This document shows, one piece after another, positions 56,209 to 64,000 of a stretch of 64,000 nt of DNA (its first letter is position 1; each line of letters opens with the position of its first letter). Position numbers and translations under genes: made by a program. This stretch comes from Candidatus Aminicenantes bacterium (lineage in GTDB: Bacteria; Acidobacteriota; Aminicenantia; Aminicenantales; JAFGBC01), in the NCBI GenBank assembly GCA_963702005.1, contig OY969696.1:384001-448000 (forward strand), read 5' to 3'. The notes under the pieces were generated by a model. The model was not told where the DNA came from. It saw only the letters and a program-made list of their open reading frames with translations, and ran no database searches.

Positions 56209-56986
56209 CCCGGATGATCTCCTTGACGCGGGCCCGGACCGCCTCGGCGCTCATGGCCTCGCGGCCCAAGGTCCAATGGATGAAGAATTCCCTGTTCCCG
56301 CGCTGGCCCCGAACGGGGCTGGCGCAGAGGCCGCGTACTCCGAAGCCGAGCCGGTCCGCCTCCTCCGCGATCCGGATCAGGACGTCCCGGTGGACACCGG
56401 GGTCCCGGACGATCCCTTTCCTCCCGACTTGACGGCGGCCCGCCTCGAATTGGGGCTTGACGAGGGCGACAAGGTCGCCGGCGCCGAGGAAAGTCGCCAG
56501 CGCCGGTAGAACCTTGAGGATGGAGATAAAGGCGAGGTCCATGGTTGCGACTTCGACCTTTTCCTCGAAATCGCCGGGCTCGAGGGCGCGCGCGTTCTTT
56601 CGGATCCGGACAACGCGAGGGTCCGCCGCGAGCCGGCTCGCGAGCTGGCGCGTGTCGACGTCGACGGCGTAGACCTTGCGGGCCCCGCGCTGGAGGAGGC
56701 AGTCCGTGAATCCCCCGGTCGAGGCCCCCAGGTCGGCCGCGACTTTGCCGGCGACATGAATGCCGAACACGTCAAGGGCTCCTTCGAGCTTCAGCCCGCC
56801 CCTCCCCACATAGGGCATGACGGCGAGAAGCCGCAGCAACTCATCGGCGGCGATGAGCTGGCCGGGCTTTTCGATCCTCCGCTCGCCCGCGTAGACGAGC
56901 CCGGACATGATCAGGGCCTGGGCCTTTTCCCGGCTCGGCGCGAGGCCCTGGAGGGTCACGACCTTATCGGCCCTTTCCCTGGCCAA
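56195..56986 (-). CDS. tlyA: TlyA family rRNA methyltransferase
   Basis: S4 domain, YV.RGGLKL, GASTGGFTD, LVKPQFE, GN.EF. Confidence 0.95.
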   Translation of the reverse strand: MARERADKVVTLQGLAPSREKAQALIMSGLVYAGERRIEKPGQLIAADELLRLLAVMPYVGRGGLKLEGALDVFGIHVAGKVAADLGASTGGFTDCLLQRGARKVYAVDVDTRQLASRLAADPRVVRIRKNARALEPGDFEEKVEVATMDLAFISILKVLPALATFLGAGDLVALVKPQFEAGRRQVGRKGIVRDPGVHRDVLIRIAEEADRLGFGVRGLCASPVRGQRGNREFFIHWTLGREAMSAEAVRARVKEIIRDEND

Positions 56987-58904
56987 GGCGGCGCCCTCCC
57001 TTTCCGGCCTCCCGGCCGGCCCGGCGCGGCCGCTTCCGGCCGCAGAACTCGCGGACCTGACGGACCAAACCCTCCTCGTCCAGGCCGTGGAGCCTTCGGA
57101 TCTCGGAGGCCTTGGCGACGGGAAAAACCGCGACCGGAAAACCCAGGGATTTGAACCTTAAGTCGAACCTCCGCTCCCGGTCCAGGAGCTCACGGACGGC
57201 GCTCCCGAAGCCTCCGGCAGCAATCCCCTCCTCGACCGTGATGATGGCGCGGCCGGGCCGGGCCCAGCGGAGAATGAGATCATCGTCGAGAGGCTTGGCG
57301 AACCTGGCGTTGACGACGGCGAAGCTCAAGCCTTCCCGGTCGAGCCGCCGGGCCGCCGCCAAGGCCGGGGCGACCATCGTCCCGTAAGCCAGCAGGAGGT
57401 TCCGCCCGTCCTTGGCGACCTTGGCCTTGCCAAGCGGGAGGAGGCGCAAGGTCCGGTCGAGCCGGATGCCCAGCCCGCGGCCCTTGGGATAACGGACGGC
57501 GGCCGGGTGGCCGTAGCCGAGGGCCGACTTGATCATGTGCCGGAACTCGTTTTCGTCCTTGGGCGCCATCAAGATCATGTGGGGCATGGACCGCAGATAG
57601 GCGATGTCGTTGATCCCTTGGTGGGTCGGTCCGTCGTCGTCCACGGCGCCCGAGCGATCCAGGGCGAAGACGACGGGCAGGTCCATGAGCGCGACGTCGT
57701 GGTAGATCTGGTCGTAGGCCCGCTGAAGAAAGGTCGAGTAGACGGCGACGACCGGCTTATACCGGCAGAGGGCAAGGCCGGCCGCGAAATTGACGGCGTG
57801 CTGCTCGGCAATCCCGACGTCGTAAAAGCGGCTCGGAAACCGCTGGGCGAAGGACGTCAATCCGGTGCCGTTCGGCATGGCCGCCGTAATGGCCAGGACG
57901 CGGGGATCTTCCTTGGCCAGCCGGACCAGCGTCTCGCCGAAGACCTGGGAATAGCTCGGGACTTTGCCTTTGTCCAGGGAACCGCCGGTCTGGATGTCGA
58001 AGGGTCCGGTCCCGTGGAATCTCTCGGGATTCTCCTGGGCGTGGCTGTATCCCCGGCCTTTGTGGGTCACGCAGTGGATGAGGACGGGTCCGTCGTAGGT
58101 CTTGGCTTCCCTCAAGACCTCCATCAGGGACCCCAGGCTGTGCCCCTGGACGGGGCCGATGTAGCGGATGCCCAGCTCCTCGAAGACGAGGCCGGGGAAG
58201 AACGCTTTCTTGATGAGGTCCTCAAGGGCGCGGCCGGCCTTGATCAGGGTCCAGCCGACGCCGGGGATGGACTTGAGGATGGACTTGGCCTGGTCCTTGA
58301 TACGGAGGTAATGCTGGCCCGAGACCAGGTAGGTCAAGTACTTGGACAGGGCGCCCACGCTCGGCGAGATCGACATCTCGTTGAAGTTGAGGACTATGAC
58401 CATCCGCTCGCGAAGGTGGCCGATCTGGTTCAGGGCTTCCCAGGCGACGCCGCCGGTCAAGCTGCCGTCGCCGACGACGGCGATGATGTGATGGTCCTGC
58501 TTGTTCTTGTCCCGGGCGACCGCCAGGCCGAGCGCCGCCGAAAGGGCCGTCGAGGCGTGGCCCGTGTTATAGGCGTCGTACTCGCTCTCCTCGATGCAGG
58601 GAAAACCGCTGATCCCCTGGAATTGCCGCAGGCCCTGGAACCTGTCCTTCCGCCCGGTCAGGATCTTGTGCGTGTAGCACTGATGGCCGACGTCCCAGAT
58701 AATCTTGTCCTTGGGCGCGTCGAAGACGATATGGAGGGCCAGCGTCAGCTCGACGACGCCCAAGTTGGCCGCCAGATGACCGCCCGTTTTGGAGACGGTC
58801 TCGATGATGAGAAGCCGGATCTCCCTCGCCAGCTGGGCGACCTCCTTGGAGGTCAACCCCTTGAGGTCCTGGGGGCTTCGGATGCGGTCGAGGATCTTCG
58901 TCAT
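56964..58904 (-). CDS. dxs: 1-deoxy-D-xylulose-5-phosphate synthase
   Basis: GGHLA.NLG.VEL, WDVGHQ.Y.HK, GDG, IAEQH, YSTFLQR, DGPTHQG; start MTKIL. Confidence 0.97.
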   Translation of the reverse strand: MTKILDRIRSPQDLKGLTSKEVAQLAREIRLLIIETVSKTGGHLAANLGVVELTLALHIVFDAPKDKIIWDVGHQCYTHKILTGRKDRFQGLRQFQGISGFPCIEESEYDAYNTGHASTALSAALGLAVARDKNKQDHHIIAVVGDGSLTGGVAWEALNQIGHLRERMVIVLNFNEMSISPSVGALSKYLTYLVSGQHYLRIKDQAKSILKSIPGVGWTLIKAGRALEDLIKKAFFPGLVFEELGIRYIGPVQGHSLGSLMEVLREAKTYDGPVLIHCVTHKGRGYSHAQENPERFHGTGPFDIQTGGSLDKGKVPSYSQVFGETLVRLAKEDPRVLAITAAMPNGTGLTSFAQRFPSRFYDVGIAEQHAVNFAAGLALCRYKPVVAVYSTFLQRAYDQIYHDVALMDLPVVFALDRSGAVDDDGPTHQGINDIAYLRSMPHMILMAPKDENEFRHMIKSALGYGHPAAVRYPKGRGLGIRLDRTLRLLPLGKAKVAKDGRNLLLAYGTMVAPALAAARRLDREGLSFAVVNARFAKPLDDDLILRWARPGRAIITVEEGIAAGGFGSAVRELLDRERRFDLRFKSLGFPVAVFPVAKASEIRRLHGLDEEGLVRQVREFCGRKRPRRAGREAGKGGRRLGQGKGR

Positions 58905-58918
58905 GGGGCACCTTCGTC

Positions 58919-59764
58919 TTAGGTTTCGAGGAGAAAGGCTAAGGCGCGGAGCTCCTCGGTCAGGAGGCCGGCCCGGTCCAGATCGCGGACCGCGGAATCG
59001 ATGAGGCCCGTGAGTTTGGCCCTGGCTTCGGCGACGCCCAGAAAGGCGGCCGCGTTGGGCCGGAAGGCCGGACGATCGTCCTCCTGGGCCGCGTCGTGGA
59101 TATCGTCCCGCAACTGGAAAGCGAGGCCGAGTCGCGTCCCGAACTCGACGAAGCGGGCGCGGTCTCCGGAGGAGGCGCCGCCCAGGACGGCCCCGGCTTC
59201 GGCCGCGGAAATGATCAGGGCCCCCGTCTTGCGGAGGAGGAGCTCCTCGTAGGCGGCCTCGGTCGCGCCCTCGGGCCGGAAATCGATGTCCAGGGCCTGT
59301 CCCCCGATCATGCCCAGGGCGCCAGCCTTTTGAGCGATCAGGGCCGCGGCTTCGGCCTTGCGGGGCCCGTATTCGGCGGGGCAAACCACGCCGGCCATGA
59401 CCTCGAAGGCAAGCGTTAAAAGGGCGTCGCCGGCGAGGAGTGCGATCGGCTCGCCGAAGGCCTTGTGGACGGTCGGCCGGCCGCGCCGCCACTCGTCGTT
59501 GTCCATGGCCGGGAGGTCGTCGTGGACGAGGGAATAATTATGGATGAGCTCGAGTCCGCAGGCGAAGGGAAGCGTCCATTCCGGGCCGGCCCCGAAGCGT
59601 TCGGCCGCACAGAGGAGCAGGAGCGGACGGTAGCGTTTCCCGCCGGAGAGGACGGCGTGCCGCATGGCCTGGAATAGGACGGAGGCTTCCCCGGCCAGAC
59701 AGGCTTCCAGCGCCCGCTCGACGGCCTCTTTCTTCCGCTCCAGCCGTTCCCCGACCGCGCTCAT
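58919..59764 (-). CDS. ispA: polyprenyl (farnesyl) diphosphate synthase
   Basis: GGKR.RP, HDDLPAMD, GQALD, KTG, FQLRDDI.D. Confidence 0.93.
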   Translation of the reverse strand: MSAVGERLERKKEAVERALEACLAGEASVLFQAMRHAVLSGGKRYRPLLLLCAAERFGAGPEWTLPFACGLELIHNYSLVHDDLPAMDNDEWRRGRPTVHKAFGEPIALLAGDALLTLAFEVMAGVVCPAEYGPRKAEAAALIAQKAGALGMIGGQALDIDFRPEGATEAAYEELLLRKTGALIISAAEAGAVLGGASSGDRARFVEFGTRLGLAFQLRDDIHDAAQEDDRPAFRPNAAAFLGVAEARAKLTGLIDSAVRDLDRAGLLTEELRALAFLLET

Positions 59765-60021
59765 TTTTTGGGGCTCTCCTCCTCGTCTTCCTCTCCGCCC
59801 TCCGGCTCGAAGGGTTCCGGCCGCCATTCGCCCTTGTCGTCCTTGAGGAGGATCTCGACCTTCTTTTCGGCCTTGGCCAGCTCCTCGCGGAGGACCCGCG
59901 CTAGCTTGACGCCCCTCTCGAACAGGGCCAGGGACTCGTTGAGGGCCAGGTCTCCCTTCTCGAGTTTTTCGACGATCCGCTCGAGATCGGCCATAGCCTT
60001 TTCAAAATTGACCGCGCTCAT
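59761..60021 (-). CDS. xseB: exodeoxyribonuclease VII small subunit
   Basis: FE.A...LE.IV..LE.GDL.L.ESL..FE.G. Confidence 0.95.
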   Translation of the reverse strand: MSAVNFEKAMADLERIVEKLEKGDLALNESLALFERGVKLARVLREELAKAEKKVEILLKDDKGEWRPEPFEPEGGEEDEEESPKK

Positions 60022-61341
60022 GGCGTCTCCTTGAAACGGGATTCGACGGTCGCGGAGCGGTTGACGGCCTTGACCTCGCAGGCGATCTCTCCTTTGTGGA
60101 ACGAGACCATAACCTCGGCTCCGGTTCGCGTCTCCACGGCCTTGCGGATCAGGCGCCGGGTCGTGGGGTCCCAGCACAGGGCGTAGCCCTTGGCTAGAAT
60201 GGCCAGGGGGCTCCGGGCGTCGAGGGCGGCCGACAGTTTCTCCCAACGGACAAGGACGTCGCGCAGGCTCCGGGCCATCGCGTTCTCCATCTTTTCGGTC
60301 CCGAGCCTGAGGCCGGCGGCGTGGGCGGCGAGCGTGCGCTGCTCATCCTTCATGCGCTTCCAAGCTCGCGTTTCCATCTCGTCCACGCGCTGGGCCAGGT
60401 TGAGAAGCCGGACCTTGAAGTTCGGGAAGGCCCGGTTCCTGGTCAGGCTGAGGGCTTCGGCCTTGAGCTCCCGAAGCTTGTATCTCATCCGCAGGGCGAG
60501 CGTGGATTCGAAATGCCCGATCTTTTCCAGGAAAGCCGCTTCCGTTTCGACGACCATCTCGGCCGCCGCCGAGGGCGTCGGGGCGCGCAGGTCGGCCACG
60601 AAGTCGGCGATCGTGAAATCGACCTCGTGCCCGACCGCCGAGATGACGGGAACCGGACTGGCCGCGATCGCCCGGGCGACCTTCTCCTCATTGAAAGCCC
60701 ACAGGTCCTCGAGCGAACCTCCGCCCCGCCCGACGATGAGGACCTCAACCTCGGACAGGGCGCCCAAGGCCCGAATGCCCTCGGCGATCTCGTCGGCCGC
60801 CCCCTCGCCCTGGACCCGGGCGGGATGGATGAGGATGTGGAGGCGGGCGTGCCGCCGGTCGAGGATGCGCAGGATATCGCGAAGGGCGGCGCCCGTCGGC
60901 GAGGTCACGATGCCGATCGTTCTTGGGACGGAGGGGGAGCTTGCGCTTTCGAGCCGGGTCGAACAGACCCTCGGCCCGCAGCTTGTCCTTGAGCTGCTCA
61001 AAAGCGAGCTGGAGGGCGCCCTTGCCCTTGGGTTCGATGACTTCGGCGTAGAGCTGGTATTCGCCGCGGGTTTCATAGACCGAGATCCGGCCGCGGCAGA
61101 CGACCTGAAGACCGTCCTTGAGCTCGAAGGCGACCGCGCGGGCGTCGGACCTGAACATGACGGCCCGGAGCTGGGACTTCTCGTCCTTGAGGGTGAAGTA
61201 GAGGTGGCCCGACTGATGGCGGTGGAAGTTCGAGATCTCCCCCTCGACCCAGAGCCGGGGAAAGAGGTCCTCGAGCGCGGTCTTGACCAGGCTCGTGACC
61301 TCCGAGACTGAGAATATCCGGTCAGGCTTCCCCTGAATCAT
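60018..61341 (-). pseudogene. xseA: exodeoxyribonuclease VII large subunit with one frameshift near 60921 (real or sequencing error)
   Basis: N-half ([23 protein letters not shown]) and C-half ([36 protein letters not shown]) lie in different frames; span is 3n+1. Confidence 0.85.
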
Positions 61342-62143
61342 GGGTCCCGTCCTTGAGTTGGACGACCTCCTCCCGGCAAATGGAGAGGGCCTTGCCCGTC
61401 GCGGCATCAACCTCGACCAGGGCGGCCGACAGGAGGAGGCCGTCCTTGGCCGGCTCGAAACGTTGAGGTCTCCCCGACAGAAACCGGGCCAGGGCTTGGT
61501 CGGGCCGGATGCCGATGACGGAGTGGTAGCCTCCGACCATGCCCACGTCGGTAAGGTAGGCCGTTCCGCCCGGGAGGATCTTTTCATCCGCCGTAGGAAC
61601 ATGGGTGTGCGTTCCGATGACGGCCGAGACGCGTCCATCGAGGTGCCAGCCCAGGGCCTGCTTCTCCGAGGTCGCCTCGGCATGAAAATCGACGATGACG
61701 ACCGGAGTCCGGGCCCGAATCCGCTCGAGGAGTTCGTCGGCCTTCCGGAAGGGGCAGTCGATGGGCTCCATGAAAACCCGTCCCTGGAGGTTGAGGACGG
61801 CGGCCGTCCAGCCGTCCTCGCTTTCGTGGAAATAAACGCCTTTGCCCGGGTTGGCCGGCGGATAGTTGGCCGGCCGCAGAAGCCGCGGCTCGGCGTCGAG
61901 GTAGCCCAGGCTTTCCTTTTTGTCCCAGACATGATTGCCGGAGGTCAGGACCTGGACTTTCTGGAAGAGCTCCCGGGCGATTTCCTCGGTGATCCCGCTC
62001 CCGCCCGCCGCGTTCTCGGCGTTGGCGATGACGAGATCTGGGAACGACCTTTCCAGGAGCCCGGGCAAGAGCTGTTTGAGGGCCTGCCGGCCCGGGTGGC
62101 CGATGATGTCCCCCAGAAACAGGATGCGGAGCTTATCGGGCAT
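61322..62143 (-). CDS. ymdB: YmdB-like metallophosphoesterase (TIGR00282)
   Basis: [38 protein letters not shown]. Confidence 0.95.
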   Translation of the reverse strand: MPDKLRILFLGDIIGHPGRQALKQLLPGLLERSFPDLVIANAENAAGGSGITEEIARELFQKVQVLTSGNHVWDKKESLGYLDAEPRLLRPANYPPANPGKGVYFHESEDGWTAAVLNLQGRVFMEPIDCPFRKADELLERIRARTPVVIVDFHAEATSEKQALGWHLDGRVSAVIGTHTHVPTADEKILPGGTAYLTDVGMVGGYHSVIGIRPDQALARFLSGRPQRFEPAKDGLLLSAALVEVDAATGKALSICREEVVQLKDGTHDSGEA

Positions 62144-63698
62144 ACTCGACGGCCCTCATTTCCCGGATGACGGTGACCTTGATCTGGCCGGGATAGTCGA
62201 GCTCATCCTTGATCTTCTTGGCGATGTCCTTGGCCGCCAGGGCCGCCCGCTCATCGGAGACCTTCTGGCTCTCGACGATGATCCGGATCTCGCGGCCGGC
62301 CTGGAGGGCGAATGATTTCTGGACGCCCTCGAAAGAATTGGCGATCTCCTCGAGCTTCTCGAGCCGCTTGATGTAGGTCTCGAGCAGCTCGCGCCGGGCG
62401 CCGGGCCGGGCGGCCGAAAGCGTGTCGGCGGCCTGGACCAAGACGGCCTCGATCGAGGGGAAATCGACGTCCCGGTGGTGGGAGGCGATGGCCTGGACGA
62501 CGGCCGGGGATTCGCCGTACTTCTTGGTCAGCTCGACGCTGAGCTCGGTGTGGGTCCCCTCGATGTCCCTGTCGACGGCCTTGCCGATGTCGTGGAGGAG
62601 GCCGGCCCGGAGGGCGACGGAGGCGTCCAGCCCCAGCTCGCGGGCCATGATGGTCGCCAGGTAGGCGACCTCCTTGGAGTGCTGGAGGACGTTCTGGCCG
62701 TAGCTCGTCCGGTATTTGAGTCTACCCAAGAGCTTGAGGAGCTCGGGGTGGACATTCTGGAGCCGGAGCTCGAGGGCGGCCGACTCGCCCTCCTGCTTGA
62801 TCTTTTCTTCGAGGTCGGCCTTGACGTTCTCGACGATATCCTCGATCCGGGCCGGATGGATCCGGCCGTCGCTGACGAGCTTCTCGATCGAGAGGCGGGC
62901 CAGCTCCCGGCGCACCGGGTCGAAACTGGACAGAATGACGGCCTCGGGCGTATCGTCGACGATGATGTCGACGCCGGTCGCCTGTTCGAGAGCCCGGATG
63001 TTCCGGCCCTCGCGGCCGATGATCCGGCCCTTCATGTCCTCCGAGGGCAGGTCGACGACGGAGACGGTCGTCTCGACGACGTGCTCGGCGGCCGAGCGCT
63101 GGATGGCCTGGCTGATGATCTCCCGGGCGACCATCTGGCTCTTCTCGCGCGTCTCCTCCTCGACCCGACGTATGGTCTGGACCGCCTCGAGCCGGGCTTC
63201 GTCCTCGATCTTCTTGATAAGCATGGCCTTAGCGTCTTCCTGGCTCAGGCCCGAAATCCGCTCGAGCTCCTCGGTCTCCTTCTGGATGAGGAGGTTCTTT
63301 TTCTCCTCCAGGAGGTCCAACTCCTTTTCGCGCTGATAGACCCGGCGCTCCTTGGCCTGGAGGTCATGCTCTTTCCGCTCCAGCCCCTGGGTCTTGCGCT
63401 CGAGGTTCTCCTCTTTGTTGACGAGGCGCCGCTCGAGCTCGTTGATCTTGTTGCGGCGCTCGTGCATCTGGGACTCGACCTCGGCCTTGAGCTTGATCTC
63501 CTTCTCTTTGGCCTCGAGCGCCCCCTCCCGTTTAATGCGATCGGCTTCGTCCCGGGCGGCCTGCCGGACGGACTGGGCTTCCTGGTTGGCCTGAAAGATC
63601 ATCCTCCGGGCCGCCCCTTTCCGGACCTGGAAGTAGAGCAGGACCAGGACGGAGCAGAGAATCAGGCCTCCTATGATCCCGATGATTAACGTGTTCAC
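62133..63698 (-). CDS. rny: ribonuclease Y
   Basis: N-terminal TM, coiled coil, [18 protein letters not shown] domain LLHDIGK; GTG start after GAGGAGG. Confidence 0.97.
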   Translation of the reverse strand: MNTLIIGIIGGLILCSVLVLLYFQVRKGAARRMIFQANQEAQSVRQAARDEADRIKREGALEAKEKEIKLKAEVESQMHERRNKINELERRLVNKEENLERKTQGLERKEHDLQAKERRVYQREKELDLLEEKKNLLIQKETEELERISGLSQEDAKAMLIKKIEDEARLEAVQTIRRVEEETREKSQMVAREIISQAIQRSAAEHVVETTVSVVDLPSEDMKGRIIGREGRNIRALEQATGVDIIVDDTPEAVILSSFDPVRRELARLSIEKLVSDGRIHPARIEDIVENVKADLEEKIKQEGESAALELRLQNVHPELLKLLGRLKYRTSYGQNVLQHSKEVAYLATIMARELGLDASVALRAGLLHDIGKAVDRDIEGTHTELSVELTKKYGESPAVVQAIASHHRDVDFPSIEAVLVQAADTLSAARPGARRELLETYIKRLEKLEEIANSFEGVQKSFALQAGREIRIIVESQKVSDERAALAAKDIAKKIKDELDYPGQIKVTVIREMRAVEYAR

Positions 63699-64000
63699 GG
63701 ACAATACCTCCTCAAAAAACATCCGAGGAGACGGAGGCGTAAAGGGGAGGATTCAGGACGTCGACAGCCCATCCCGGTCGGGATGAGCCCCGGGATCGCT
63801 CCCGGGCCGGTTCCAGGCGAGGGACCGGCCGCCCCGGACGGGATGGCCCGGCCGGGCCGTCGGCGCCGCGACGCCCGACCGGCGCGCGGCCCCCTCGGCC
63901 TCATGAGGTCGCTTTGTCCAGATGTATGTATTTTTTATCATTTTTGAAAAAACGATCCTCGCATCCTTCCACTTCCGTCTCGATCCGGCAGATGACCTCT

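Overview
A 64-kb, GC-rich bacterial chromosome segment. Gene content and order suggest an anaerobic diderm of the Acidobacteriota/Ca. Aminicenantes type, but this is inference only. Most of it is housekeeping: hydrogenase maturation (hypBA), an Rrf2-porin-pstSCAB operon, a DPP-IV peptidase, comEA, a Ser/Thr kinase, dprA-topA-xerC, nupC, carAB, an LPS/glycan modification cluster, purF, nucleotide-sugar genes with lptD, the F0 part of ATP synthase, lpxD, trxAB, and the rny-ymdB-xseAB-ispA-dxs-tlyA-nadK block. I saw no rRNA, tRNA, CRISPR array or transposase gene. The most unusual signals are non-coding. (1) Four co-oriented copies of a modular palindromic intergenic element share conserved ends (GTCAACCCYTCGAC ... 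GCGAACGGGTCA) but carry exchangeable, nested hairpin cassettes. (2) An ECF sigma with a Cys-rich tail, a minimal zinc anti-sigma, a QueG-like Fe-S protein and an ABM protein form a module with two identically spaced promoter motifs. (3) An IscR-like Rrf2 regulator with a matching operator heads a phosphate-type uptake operon. (4) A consensus sigma-54 promoter precedes comEA. (5) A 270-bp nested inverted-repeat element lies upstream of a K+ channel gene. xseA also carries a single-base frameshift.
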